Source of the DNA: an uncultured Lachnospiraceae bacterium
GTDB lineage: Bacteria > Bacillota > Clostridia > Lachnospirales > Lachnospiraceae
NCBI GenBank assembly: GCA_947625465.1
Contig: CANQOK010000003.1
Span: forward strand, 68,316-132,315
Length of the DNA stretch: 64,000 bases
Direction: 5' to 3'
The notes under the pieces were generated by a model. It saw nothing but the letters and a program-made list of their open reading frames with translations, did no database searches and was not told the DNA's origin. Position 1 is the first letter of the stretch, and the number at the start of each line of letters is the position of its first letter. Both the position numbers and the translations under genes were made by a program. Below, piece by piece: positions 25,093 through 35,174 of this stretch.

Positions 25093-26310
25093 CTATCCAC
25101 GATTCAGAAAATACTGTCGGAATCCCTGTTTCCAATAATCCAGAAATCCTTTTTCTTCAACAGTCTCAGCCGCCACAAGTTCTGCCGTGCCCAGTTCCTG
25201 TCCTGCCAGCCTGTAAACGATCTTCCCGACAACATCTCCCTGTCTGACCGGAGCCTCCAGCGGATTCAGCACAACCTCCGATTCGATTCCTGACAAATCT
25301 GTCCCGTTAGTACTGACATAAGAAAAGGGCTGTTTCACTTCTGCCTCTACAGAATCTCTGACTCCGCGCGTCACCTCTGCCTGAAGTTTCGTATGTTCCG
25401 TATCCTTATATACACTGCAGTTTGCGAATCCGTATTGAAACATAGTGATCGCCTCTGAAAACCGCACCTTATAGTCCGGCGCCGCCATTACGACCGCGAT
25501 CAGATCCACGCCGTCCTTTCTGGCAGTTCCCGCCACACAATATTTCGCTTTGCTGGTCGATCCGGTTTTCAGTCCCGTAGCGTACTGATACTGCTTTAAC
25601 AGCTTATTCGTATTGGACAAGCCGAACTCTTTTGTCCCCTGCTTTGTCACATGCGTAATATTTTCCATCCAGATCTGGGAATACTGATAGATCTGCGGAT
25701 AGTGCGTGATCAGTTCCCGCGCCATCAGCGCCACATCCTTCGCGGAGGTATGATGCCCATCAGAATCCGTGAGCCCGCAGCAGTCTTCAAATTGGGTATT
25801 TTCCATTCCCAGACCTTTGGCCCGGGCGTTCATCTGTGCTACAAATTCACTTTCACTGCCGCTGATATACTCTGCCATCGTCACACTGGCGTCATTGCCG
25901 CTCGCTACAATAATGCATTTGATCAGCGTTTCTACCGTCTGCTGTTCTCCTTCTTCCAGAAATACCTGAGATCCTCCCATACTTTTGGCGTAAGCGCTGG
26001 TCGTCACGACATCATCCAGCTTGATCTTCCCTGCTTCCAGCGCGTCAAAGATCAGAATCAATGTCATGATCTTGGTGATACTGGCAGGAGACAACATTTC
26101 ATCCGCGTTTTTCTCATAAAGAATCTGCCCTGTGGAAGCCTCCATCAATACAGCCGCTTTACAGGACAGATTTAAATCCGGATTTACCGCCGCGCCAACA
26201 GAAATCACTTCCATATCCGGGGTATTTGCATTTACCTCTTCTGTATATCCCAGACTGACAGTCGTAACGATCAGTACAACTGCCATAAGCATTGTAATCA
26301 ACCGCTTCAT
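25093..26310 (-). CDS. D-alanyl-D-alanine carboxypeptidase (PBP5 family, DacA/DacF-like)
   Basis: 405-aa ORF with a signal peptide, SxxK (PASITKIMT), SxN (ASGNDAS), KTG (LKTGSTS) and a C-terminal PBP5 beta-domain. Confidence 0.88.
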   Translation of the reverse strand: MKRLITMLMAVVLIVTTVSLGYTEEVNANTPDMEVISVGAAVNPDLNLSCKAAVLMEASTGQILYEKNADEMLSPASITKIMTLILIFDALEAGKIKLDDVVTTSAYAKSMGGSQVFLEEGEQQTVETLIKCIIVASGNDASVTMAEYISGSESEFVAQMNARAKGLGMENTQFEDCCGLTDSDGHHTSAKDVALMARELITHYPQIYQYSQIWMENITHVTKQGTKEFGLSNTNKLLKQYQYATGLKTGSTSKAKYCVAGTARKDGVDLIAVVMAAPDYKVRFSEAITMFQYGFANCSVYKDTEHTKLQAEVTRGVRDSVEAEVKQPFSYVSTNGTDLSGIESEVVLNPLEAPVRQGDVVGKIVYRLAGQELGTAELVAAETVEEKGFLDYWKQGFRQYFLNRG

Positions 26311-26359
26311 TCCGGCTCCTGTTATTATTTTTTACCAGTATATGCAGGCAAAAATCCCT

Positions 26360-28411
26360 CTATTCTCCATAATATAAACATTCTCTGGTAGAACTCAGGA
26401 TACTGTCCGCGCCATGCGCCTGATTGACGACAAAGGAGTCCAAGCCCTGCAGCTCCGGATAATAGATCCGCAGGGTAGACGAATCGATAAATTCCGTATC
26501 TCCAAAATATTCTTCGTTGATAAAGATTTTACTGTACTGAGTAAAATTCTCGCCTTTCACCAGCACATAGCCATCCTCCGGTGCGGAAAGATCCCGTTCG
26601 ATTCCGGTAATCTTAATCTCCTTCAGCCCCATTTTCATTTCCGTCGGTTTATAAGGAACTTCACCTCCATATACTTTACGGTCGCCGTAGAGCATATCGT
26701 ATTCCAGTGTCTCCAGCCCATCCAGATAAGCGCTTTCCTCCTCTGTGTCAGCGTTCTCCTGATGATAGCGATTGATCACGCCGGAATTCATGTTGAGAGC
26801 TTTTAAGATCCAGGCCTGCATCTGATATGCGTGCAGATCCTTATTTTCAAATTCGATCCCGCAGTTATTCCAGATCAGATAGGGCGTCTGATAGATATCG
26901 GCCTCCCCTTCCAGCATTTCATTCGTAATTCCGAAATTCGGCAGGTGATCGCCATAGAACACAATAATGCTGTCTTCTTCCCGTTTAGAAACCGTTTCGA
27001 TCAGATCATGGACGAACTGATCCATCTCATAGGTCTGCTGTGCATAATATTCCATTGCGTTTAACTGGGATTCCGTCCGCTCGGCTGAGGTAATCTCAAA
27101 CTCTGTCGGATATTCACCGGTATCGGGATAACTTCCATGTCCCTGAACGGAAATCGTATAGACAAAATCCTGTCCCTGCGTCGCATCCAGGGCCAATGTG
27201 ATATATTCTGTCAGAATCTCATCCTTCGCCCACCGCTTCGGCGTCCTTTCTTCATCCGGTACATCCATATATTCCACGGTCGTAAAATCGTCAAAACCCA
27301 AACGGGGAAAGGCCGTATTCCGGCTGTAAAAACCGGCCGTATTATTGTGGATCGCATGCGTTCCGTATCCGTACTCCTTCAGATTATAAGCAAAACTTTC
27401 CGCACAGGTCTGCTGTAAAATGGTTTTATACGGATATTCTCCGGCGCCAAAATCATGATGGTTCATACCGGTCAGCAGTTCAAACTCCGAATTGGCCGTA
27501 CCGGCGCCTACGGAAGGCATCGTCAGCATACCACCTGCGAATTCTTCCTGATATTTCCGGAACCAGGGAATCGGGTTCTGATTAAATTTCAGATCCTTCA
27601 CGGTTGACAGATCAAAAAAGGACTCTAACTGCACTACAATAATATTCGGCGTATTAGACGCTACATTCAGCGGAATGTCTTCCTGATTTTCCAATTCATC
27701 TGTACCGGACTCCTTTTCCTCGGGTTTAATGATCTCATCGATTTTTTCATTGTATTTGGCCGGTTTTGCCACACCGTTATCCAAAAGAGAAGTCGTAAAA
27801 CTATATACAAAGCCGTATTTAAAATAGTCTTTTCGCAGGTCATTGGTATATTCCGCCGTACTCCTTACGATCAGGCAACAGGCAAAAGTCACTCCGGTCA
27901 GAGCAGCGATCAGGCTCAGTTTTTTCCCGTAGTGCATCAATCCTTCCGTCTTCGGAACCCGTACAAAAATAAATGCGATAAGCACAATCGCGGCGATCAC
28001 CACGGCAACGATCAGGCCGATCGTGACAATATTCAAATATTGCCCTGCCACGGCAAAACCCTCTGCAATCGTCTGCAGATCTCCGGGATTAAACGCGAAA
28101 TTCCTGCTGGTCAGCATGATCATGTCTGTAATTCCCATAATAACCCAAAGCAGGGAAACCAAAGCGATCCAGAAAAGTTTCCTTCTGGAAAGCAGGGTGA
28201 TCGAAAGGGTGATCCCGACGATCAGCGCGCTGCAGAGGAATCGAAACGGATGTCCGAACATAAAGGTAAATCCGCCGAAATAATCCTTATCACAAATACG
28301 CGTTGCAAATTCTATCAAAAACGTAATCGCAATCGGAAGCCCGATATATAAAAATAAGATCCGCTTCCCCGTCCATGCTTTCCATTTTTCCCACACTGCC
28401 GTTAACCTCAC
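26360..28411 (-). CDS. LTA synthase family protein (membrane-anchored sulfatase-fold enzyme) with C-terminal IPT/TIG-like extension
   Basis: 683-aa ORF. About five N-terminal TM helices, a sulfatase-fold domain with the nucleophile motif ..SVGAGTANSEFELLTG.. and ..VQGHGSYP.., plus a C-terminal ~90-aa beta-rich segment. Confidence 0.8.
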   Translation of the reverse strand: MRLTAVWEKWKAWTGKRILFLYIGLPIAITFLIEFATRICDKDYFGGFTFMFGHPFRFLCSALIVGITLSITLLSRRKLFWIALVSLLWVIMGITDMIMLTSRNFAFNPGDLQTIAEGFAVAGQYLNIVTIGLIVAVVIAAIVLIAFIFVRVPKTEGLMHYGKKLSLIAALTGVTFACCLIVRSTAEYTNDLRKDYFKYGFVYSFTTSLLDNGVAKPAKYNEKIDEIIKPEEKESGTDELENQEDIPLNVASNTPNIIVVQLESFFDLSTVKDLKFNQNPIPWFRKYQEEFAGGMLTMPSVGAGTANSEFELLTGMNHHDFGAGEYPYKTILQQTCAESFAYNLKEYGYGTHAIHNNTAGFYSRNTAFPRLGFDDFTTVEYMDVPDEERTPKRWAKDEILTEYITLALDATQGQDFVYTISVQGHGSYPDTGEYPTEFEITSAERTESQLNAMEYYAQQTYEMDQFVHDLIETVSKREEDSIIVFYGDHLPNFGITNEMLEGEADIYQTPYLIWNNCGIEFENKDLHAYQMQAWILKALNMNSGVINRYHQENADTEEESAYLDGLETLEYDMLYGDRKVYGGEVPYKPTEMKMGLKEIKITGIERDLSAPEDGYVLVKGENFTQYSKIFINEEYFGDTEFIDSSTLRIYYPELQGLDSFVVNQAHGADSILSSTRECLYYGE

Positions 28412-28425
28412 TTCATAAATTTCAT

Positions 28426-28464
28426 AAGGAAAAGGGTTACCGGAACCAATTTCCGATAACCCTT
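28426..28464 (-). terminator. rho-independent terminator candidate after PFOR
   Basis: aagggttaccgga (28432..28444) pairs with tccgataaccctt (28452..28464) at 12 of 13 positions, with a 7-nt loop, followed in the minus sense by TTTTCCTT. Confidence 0.55.
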
Positions 28465-28529
28465 ACTCTAGTCCATTTATCCAAGATTGTCAACTGTTAT
28501 CACAGTTATTTCATTTCTTGCAAATGTTC

Positions 28530-31500
28530 TTATTTGTATAATTCACCTAACTTGGTCAGGTACTCATACTTCGCCTTCGCGTCTGCTTCCGCTTTCTTAA
28601 ACAGCTTCTCTGCACGTTCCGGATTCTGGCGGGCCAAAGCACTGTAACGAACTTCGCCGCTGATAAATTCCTGATAATCTGTGGTAGGAGCCTTGCTGTC
28701 TAACGTAAACGGATTCTCATTTCTCGGATCATACCGGAAGCAATGCCAGTATCCGGATGTAACAGCCTTCTTCTCTTCGGTCTGCGCACCCTTCATACCG
28801 CCCTTAATACCGTGGTTGATACAAGGTGCGTAAGCAATGATGATAGAAGGACCGTTGTAGCTCTCAGCCTCTGTGAATGCCTTGATACACTGATTGTAAT
28901 CTGCACCCATAGCGATCTGTGCTACATATACATAGCCATAGCTCATAGCGATCTGTGCCAGGTCTTTCTTCTTTACTTCCTTGCCGCCTGCTGCAAACTG
29001 TGCAGTCGCGCCGGTCGGAGTTGCCTTGGAGGACTGACCGCCTGTGTTGGAGTAAACCTCTGTATCAAATACCAGAATGTTGACATCCTGACCGCTTGCG
29101 ATCACGTGATCCAGACCGCCGAAACCGATATCATAAGCCCAGCCGTCGCCGCCCAGAATCCACTGGGATTTCTTGGATAAGAAATCCTTATCCTTTAAGA
29201 TTGCCTTGCCGGCGTCACATCCGCAGGCTTCCAGAGCTGCTACCAGCTTGTCCGTAGCCGCGCCGTTGGTTGCGCCGCATTCATAGGTTGCCAGATATTC
29301 CTCTGCAGCTGCTTTTACATCTGCGTTTTCTGTCGTCTCAGCGATTGCTTCGATCTTCTTCTTTAAACCGCCGCGGATCGCATTCTGTGCCAGTTTCATA
29401 CCTAAACCGAACTCTGCGTTATCCTCGAACAGGGAGTTGGACCATGCGGGGCCTTTTCCTTCCGGTGTAACCGTATACGGCGTAGACGGTGAGGAGTTAC
29501 CCCAGATAGAAGAACATCCTGTTGCGTTGGCAATATACATTCTGTCACCGAATAACTGCGTCATTAACTTTGCGTACGGTGTCTCGCCGCAGCCTGCGCA
29601 TGCACCGGAGAACTCTAACAGCGGCTGCTTGAACTGGCTGCCCTTAACGGTATTCTCTTTGAACTTCTCTGCAACTTCCGCTTTCTTCGGCAGCTTCTGA
29701 CCGTATGCATATACTTCCTGCTGCGGCAGCTGGCTGTCAAGGCTTGCCAGGCTCAGTGCCTTAGCGCCCTTCTTGCCAGGGCATACGTTTACGCAGGAAC
29801 CACAGCCTGTACAATCCAGAACCGTAACGGTCATAGCAAACTTCATACCCGGTACGCCGGTCATATCCAGCATCTTCGTCTGTGCCGGTGCTGCGGCAGC
29901 TTCCTCTGCGGTCATAGCGACCGGTCTGATTACCGCATGCGGACATACATAAGAACAGAAGTTACACTGAATACAATTTTCCGGATTCCACTCCGGTACG
30001 TCTACTGCTACGCCACGCTTCTCATAAGCAGCGGTGCCGGACGGCGTGGTGCCGTCTACATAGTCCGTAAATGCGGATACAGGCAGGTTCTTTCCTTCCT
30101 GTGCATTGATCGCGGACTGAATATTATTAACAAATGCCAGAACTTCAGGTCTGCCTTCTGTCTGAACGGTTCCCAGGACTTCATCCTTCGCATCTTTCCA
30201 GCTTGCCGGAACCTGAACTTCTACTACATCGGTAGCGCCGCGGTCGATCGCGTCATAGTTCATCTGAACGATCGCATCGCCCTTCTTGCCGTACGCGTAC
30301 TTGGCAGCTGCCTTCATCAGTTCGATTGCCTTATCTTCCGGAATGATGTTAGCCAGCTTAAAGAATGCGGACTGCAGTACGGTGTTGATTCTTCCGCCCA
30401 GACCGATCTCCTTACCGATCTTAATACCGTCGATGGTGTAGAACTTGATGTTGTGCTCAGCCATATAACGCTTCACCTGTCCGGGCAGACGCTCTTCCAG
30501 TTCTTCAGCGTTCCAGCTGCAGTTCAGCAGGAATGTGCCGCCGTCTTTCAGATCCTGAACCATGTTATACTTGGTCATGTAAGCAGGATTATGGCAGGCT
30601 ACAAAATTCGCCTTGCTGATCAGATAGGTAGACTTGATCGGATCACTGCCGAAACGCAGGTGGGAAATGGTAACGCCGCCTGACTTCTTGGAATCATAAT
30701 CAAAATATGCCTGTGCGTACATATCAGTATTGTCACCAATGATCTTGATGGAGTTCTTATTGGCGCCTACGGTACCGTCGGCACCCAGTCCCCAGAACTT
30801 ACAGCTGATAATGGAATCCGGTGTCGTAACCGGGTCCTCGCCGATCTCCAGTGACAGATTGGTTACATCATCTACAATACCGATCGTAAACTTCGGCTTG
30901 CTCTCATTTCTGTAAACAGCGATGATCTGCGCCGGTGTGGTATCCTTGGAACCCAGACCGTAGCGTCCTGTATAAACCGGAACCGCGGTAAACTTGGTAT
31001 CCTTCAGAGCTGCCACGATATCCAGATATAACGGCTCACCCATTGCACCCGGCTCTTTGGTACGATCCAGAACCGTGATCTTCTTTACGCTGTCCGGCAT
31101 AACAGCCAGTAAATGCTTAACGCTGAACGGTCTGTACAGATGAACTTCGATCACGCCGACCTTCTCACCCTTCTTCAGCAGGTAATCTACGGTCTCTTCA
31201 ATGGTGGAGCATACGGAACCCATCGCAACGATCACATGCTCGGCGTCTGCCGCGCCATAGTAATTGAACGGCTTATAGTTGGTACCGATCTTCTCGTTTA
31301 CTTTGTTCATATACTCTTCTACAACTGCAGGCAGCGCATCATAGTATGTATTACATGCTTCTCTTGCCTGGAAGAAGATATCCGGGTTCTGTGCGGAACC
31401 TCTCTGGCACGGATGTTCCGGGCTCAGGCAATGCTTACGGTATTCATCAATCGCATCCATGTCTACCAGATCAGCCAGATCGTCATAATCCCAAACTTCG

Positions 31501-32048
31501 ATCTTCTGCAATTCGTGTGAGGTTCTGAATCCGTCGAAGAAGTTTAAGAACGGAACCTTTCCTTTGATCGCGCTGCAGTGTGCAACCGGCGTCAGGTCCA
31601 TAACCTCCTGTACGCTTGAAGAACACAGCATCGCAAAACCTGTCTGACGACATGCATATACATCGGAGTGATCCCCGAAAATAGACAGTGCGTGGCTTGC
31701 CAGTGCACGGGCAGATACATTGATAACGCCCGGCAGCAGTTCGCCTGCGATCTTGTACATATTCGGGATCATCAGCAATAAGCCCTGAGACGCTGTAAAG
31801 GTAGTCGTCAGCGCGCCTGCCGACAATGCACCGTGAACCGCGCCTGCCGCGCCGCCTTCTGACTGCATCTCTGTCACTGCTACTTCCTGTCCGAAGATAT
31901 TCTTTCTTCCTTCTGTTGCCCACTTATCAGACAACTCCGCCATGACAGATGACGGTGTGATCGGATAGATCGCTGCTACATCAGAATATGCGTAAGACAC
32001 ATGAGCTGCGGCAGTATTACCATCCATAGTTTTCATACTTCTTGCCAT
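28530..32048 (-). CDS. nifJ: pyruvate:ferredoxin (flavodoxin) oxidoreductase
   Basis: 1172-aa ORF. N-terminus MDGNTAAAHVSYAYSDVAAIYPITPSS, two 4Fe-4S motifs (CIQCNFCSYVCPHA, CTGCGSCVNVCP), and the TPP region GGDGWAYDIGFGGLDH. Confidence 0.96.
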   Translation of the reverse strand: MARSMKTMDGNTAAAHVSYAYSDVAAIYPITPSSVMAELSDKWATEGRKNIFGQEVAVTEMQSEGGAAGAVHGALSAGALTTTFTASQGLLLMIPNMYKIAGELLPGVINVSARALASHALSIFGDHSDVYACRQTGFAMLCSSSVQEVMDLTPVAHCSAIKGKVPFLNFFDGFRTSHELQKIEVWDYDDLADLVDMDAIDEYRKHCLSPEHPCQRGSAQNPDIFFQAREACNTYYDALPAVVEEYMNKVNEKIGTNYKPFNYYGAADAEHVIVAMGSVCSTIEETVDYLLKKGEKVGVIEVHLYRPFSVKHLLAVMPDSVKKITVLDRTKEPGAMGEPLYLDIVAALKDTKFTAVPVYTGRYGLGSKDTTPAQIIAVYRNESKPKFTIGIVDDVTNLSLEIGEDPVTTPDSIISCKFWGLGADGTVGANKNSIKIIGDNTDMYAQAYFDYDSKKSGGVTISHLRFGSDPIKSTYLISKANFVACHNPAYMTKYNMVQDLKDGGTFLLNCSWNAEELEERLPGQVKRYMAEHNIKFYTIDGIKIGKEIGLGGRINTVLQSAFFKLANIIPEDKAIELMKAAAKYAYGKKGDAIVQMNYDAIDRGATDVVEVQVPASWKDAKDEVLGTVQTEGRPEVLAFVNNIQSAINAQEGKNLPVSAFTDYVDGTTPSGTAAYEKRGVAVDVPEWNPENCIQCNFCSYVCPHAVIRPVAMTAEEAAAAPAQTKMLDMTGVPGMKFAMTVTVLDCTGCGSCVNVCPGKKGAKALSLASLDSQLPQQEVYAYGQKLPKKAEVAEKFKENTVKGSQFKQPLLEFSGACAGCGETPYAKLMTQLFGDRMYIANATGCSSIWGNSSPSTPYTVTPEGKGPAWSNSLFEDNAEFGLGMKLAQNAIRGGLKKKIEAIAETTENADVKAAAEEYLATYECGATNGAATDKLVAALEACGCDAGKAILKDKDFLSKKSQWILGGDGWAYDIGFGGLDHVIASGQDVNILVFDTEVYSNTGGQSSKATPTGATAQFAAGGKEVKKKDLAQIAMSYGYVYVAQIAMGADYNQCIKAFTEAESYNGPSIIIAYAPCINHGIKGGMKGAQTEEKKAVTSGYWHCFRYDPRNENPFTLDSKAPTTDYQEFISGEVRYSALARQNPERAEKLFKKAEADAKAKYEYLTKLGELYK

Positions 32049-32157
32049 AGTAGTATAAGCCTCCTTAATTTTAATCCTTCAGAATCACTCTGCTCGTATC
32101 AGTATAGCATTTTCATAAAAAAAATACAAGAGGAACCCCTGATTTTTTCAAGCTTTT

Positions 32158-33420
32158 TCATTTTTCGATCTGATACGCCTGCATGCACATTTCGGCTGCC
32201 TCTTCTCCCCGTTTTTTGTCGTTTGCATGGATCACAGCCAGCGGTTCTCCCTTTTCTGTCCGCATTCCGCATTTCTTTTCCAGCACGATCCCCACAGCAG
32301 GATCGATCCTGTCGTCTTTTTCCATCCGTCCGCCGCCAAGCATCCCGCAGATTGTCCCGATCTGCCTGCAGGCAATGCGGACTACGGTTCCCGTTTCATC
32401 TGCCGGAACCGGGATCCGGTATCTGGCTGTCGGCAGTCTGTCCGTATCCTGGATGGCACCGGTATCACCGCCCTGCGCACTTACCCAGACAAGCATTTTT
32501 TCATAAGCGGCTCCGGTCCGGATCGCCTGTCCCAGCAGAACCCGTGCCGTTTCAGGGCTGTCCGCGGCCCCGCCCAGGCAAAGCATCTGCTCTCCCAGCG
32601 CGTAACAGTCTTCCATCAGATCTGCCGGACCGTTTCCCTGCAGTGCGGCAATCGCCTCTTTCACCTCCAGCGCATTTCCGACCGCCATACCCAAAGGCTG
32701 ATTCATATCCGAGATAACCGCAGACATTTTGCGGCCGGCCTGCGTTCCGATCTCCGTCATCAGATCTGCCAGCTCCTGTGCCGCCTCTCTGGTCTTCATA
32801 AAAGCGCCGTCTCCCCATTTGACATCCAGCACAATGGCGTCCGCCCCTGCCGCCAGTTTCTTACTCATAATGCTGCTGGCAATCAGGGGAATGCTTTCTA
32901 CCGTGGCCGTCACATCCCGCAGCGCGTATAATTTCTGATCCGCAGGCGTCAGATCCGCGCTCTGTCCCGTCATTGCCAGCCCGATCTCATTACCCTGACG
33001 AATAAACTGTTCTTCTGTCAGTACGGCAGAAAATCCCGGTATACTCTCCAGTTTGTCAATGGTTCCGCCCGTATGACCCAGTCCTCTGCCGGACATTTTT
33101 ACGACCGGAACTCCGCAGGCCGCCACAAGAGGCGCCAGAATCAGAGATACTTTATCGCCAACGCCTCCGGTACTGTGCTTGTCCGCTTTGATCCCGCGGA
33201 TCGCTGACAGATCCATCCGGGCACCGGACTCCGCCATTGCCAGCGTAAGCTGCAGGGTTTCTTTTGCATCCATTCCATTGATACAGATTGCCATCAAGAG
33301 TGCTGCGGCCTGATAATCCGGTATGCTTCCCTCTGTATAATGCCGGATAAACCACCGGATTTCCTCTTCGCTCAGTTTTTTCCCGAATCTCTTTTTTTCA
33401 ATGATATCGTAAATCCGCAT
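32158..33420 (-). CDS. pdp: pyrimidine-nucleoside (thymidine) phosphorylase
   Basis: 420-aa ORF. MRIYDIIEKKR.G..LS.EEI.WFI..YT.G.IPDYQ.AALLMAI, plus KHSTGGVGDK and SGRGLGHTGGT motifs. Confidence 0.93.
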   Translation of the reverse strand: MRIYDIIEKKRFGKKLSEEEIRWFIRHYTEGSIPDYQAAALLMAICINGMDAKETLQLTLAMAESGARMDLSAIRGIKADKHSTGGVGDKVSLILAPLVAACGVPVVKMSGRGLGHTGGTIDKLESIPGFSAVLTEEQFIRQGNEIGLAMTGQSADLTPADQKLYALRDVTATVESIPLIASSIMSKKLAAGADAIVLDVKWGDGAFMKTREAAQELADLMTEIGTQAGRKMSAVISDMNQPLGMAVGNALEVKEAIAALQGNGPADLMEDCYALGEQMLCLGGAADSPETARVLLGQAIRTGAAYEKMLVWVSAQGGDTGAIQDTDRLPTARYRIPVPADETGTVVRIACRQIGTICGMLGGGRMEKDDRIDPAVGIVLEKKCGMRTEKGEPLAVIHANDKKRGEEAAEMCMQAYQIEK

Positions 33421-33437
33421 AATTTCCCGCCTTTCTA

Positions 33438-33466
33438 TTGATTTTTATTTTTCTTTTCGCTATAAT
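33438..33466 (+). promoter_or_regulatory. sigma-A-type promoter candidate for the DAHP synthase gene
   Basis: TTGATT (33438..33443), 17 nt, TATAAT (33461..33466), about 60 nt upstream of the ATG at 33526. Confidence 0.5.
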
Positions 33467-33525
33467 GTTTCATGTTGTACTTATCCTGTCAGTCAGGAGA
33501 TTGAATTTGTAAAGGAGTGTTTCTC

Positions 33526-34554
33526 ATGAGTTTTGATTTTCACCGTAAATTACCCACTCCCGCCGAGATCAAAGAACAGTATCCGCTTCCGGAATCTGTT
33601 GTCCGGATTAAAGAACAGCGGGATCGGGAATTAAAAGATATCTTCACCGGAAAGGACGACCGCTTTATCCTGATCATCGGGCCCTGTTCCGCCGACCATC
33701 CGGATCCGGTTTTAGATTATACCGGACGTTTGGCCGAACTGCAGAATAAAGTGGGAGACAAGATCTTTATCGTCCCCCGTATCTATACCAATAAACCCCG
33801 TACCACCGGGCTTGGCTATAAAGGCATGGCGCACCAGCCGGATCCGGAGAAGAAGCCGGATATGCTGGAAGGTCTGATCGCCATTCGAAAACTGCATATT
33901 GAAGCGGTAGATGAGACCGGATTTGTCTGTGCCGATGAGATGCTCTATCCGGAAAATTACCGCTATTTATCCGATATCCTTTCCTATGTAGCGATCGGCG
34001 CCCGTTCTGTTGAAAATCAGCAGCACCGTCTGACAGCCAGCGGCATGGATATCCCCGCCGGCATGAAGAATCCGACCAGCGGTGATTTCAGCGTAATGCT
34101 CAATTCCGTTGTCGCCGCCCAGAAGGGCCATACCTTTTTATATCGCGGATGGGAAGTGGTTACGAGCGGCAATCCGCTTGCGCACACCATTCTGCGCGGA
34201 GCAGTCAACAAACACGGACAAAGCATTCCCAACTATCACTATGAAGACCTGATCCGTCTGTATAATACCTATACATCGATGGAACTGGCCAACCCTGCCG
34301 TAATCGTTGATGTGAATCACTCTAATTCCGATAAACAGTATATGGAGCAGATCCGGATCAGCAAAGAGGTTCTGCACAGCCGCCGCTTAAACAATAGTCT
34401 GGCTCGTTTTATTAAGGGTCTGATGATTGAAAGCTACATAGAAGACGGCTGCCAGAAGATCGGAGGCGGGATTTACGGCAAGTCCATTACCGATCCCTGT
34501 CTGGGTTGGGAAAAGACCGAGAAACTGATCTATGATATGTATAAACTGATCTGA
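33526..34554 (+). CDS. 3-deoxy-7-phosphoheptulonate (DAHP) synthase, class I AroF/G/H type
   Basis: ..LIIGPCSADHP.., ..RIYTNKPRTTGLGYKGM.., ..ADEMLYPE.. Start set at ATG 33526 (MSFDFHRKLPTP), 8 nt after AAAGGAG. The track's GTG at 33517 lies inside that SD. Confidence 0.9.
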   Translation: MSFDFHRKLPTPAEIKEQYPLPESVVRIKEQRDRELKDIFTGKDDRFILIIGPCSADHPDPVLDYTGRLAELQNKVGDKIFIVPRIYTNKPRTTGLGYKGMAHQPDPEKKPDMLEGLIAIRKLHIEAVDETGFVCADEMLYPENYRYLSDILSYVAIGARSVENQQHRLTASGMDIPAGMKNPTSGDFSVMLNSVVAAQKGHTFLYRGWEVVTSGNPLAHTILRGAVNKHGQSIPNYHYEDLIRLYNTYTSMELANPAVIVDVNHSNSDKQYMEQIRISKEVLHSRRLNNSLARFIKGLMIESYIEDGCQKIGGGIYGKSITDPCLGWEKTEKLIYDMYKLI

Positions 34555-34555
34555 T

Positions 34556-35113
34556 TCAGACAATTCCAAACACCCAGTTCAATACCATCGGGTTTAAAAA
34601 GGTTTCCGCCAGGATTCCGCACCCAACGCCTATGATATATACACCCAATGCCAAAAACCATTTGGCCATTGGGTGTTTTCTGTATAAGATCTGCTGCAGC
34701 CGCTCCCGCTGCGTGATCACATATAAGACGGAAAATCCGTACAGGAACAAATGCGGAATCTCATAAGCCAGCCAGACCAGAATCCCCTTCCAGCCGAAAA
34801 TACAGTTCATTCCCATCAGGATCACCGTTCGGGAAAAGGTAAAATATCCGCAGTACAGCAGCTGGATCCCTTTTCCAAAACGTATCATCGACAGGAAAAA
34901 CAACAGCAGAAATTCTTTTCCCCGCATCTGCAGTACCATCATAAAAAAACGGCGGTAATCGAGAGACAATTCCCGGATCCTTCTGCCTGTCAGAGAAAAA
35001 TAGTCGGCCAGTTCTGCCACCTGTTCCCCTGCGCAAAAAAATACAAATATCAGTGCCGCGGCAATCCCCGCAAACAGTGCCGCAATAAAATGCGCTTTCT
35101 CTTTTCCCGGCAT
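34556..35113 (-). CDS. spoIIM: stage II sporulation protein M-like membrane protein
   Basis: Polytopic ~186-aa membrane protein (..FIAALFAGIAAALIFVFF.., ..EFLLLFFLSMIRFG.., ..EIPHLFLYGFSVLYV..), a size and architecture that resemble SpoIIM. Start moved to ATG 35113 (MPGKEKAHF), preceded by AAGGAAG. The longer ORF would overlap the NUDIX gene. Family call is from memory only. Confidence 0.5.
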   Translation of the reverse strand: MPGKEKAHFIAALFAGIAAALIFVFFCAGEQVAELADYFSLTGRRIRELSLDYRRFFMMVLQMRGKEFLLLFFLSMIRFGKGIQLLYCGYFTFSRTVILMGMNCIFGWKGILVWLAYEIPHLFLYGFSVLYVITQRERLQQILYRKHPMAKWFLALGVYIIGVGCGILAETFLNPMVLNWVFGIV

Positions 35114-35174
35114 ACAGCATACTTCCTTTTCCGATTTTACTACCATATGTATGCCTGTATCCGGAAAAATATTT

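Noticed and set aside
29937-30683. 248-aa plus-strand ORF, plus several others between 28743 and 31528
   Set aside because: All are antisense to PFOR, which is recognisable along its full length.
32001-32931. Two ~235-aa plus-strand ORFs (32001..32717 and 32227..32931)
   Set aside because: They are antisense to pdp, and their Pro/Arg/Ser-rich composition is typical of a GC-rich reverse frame.
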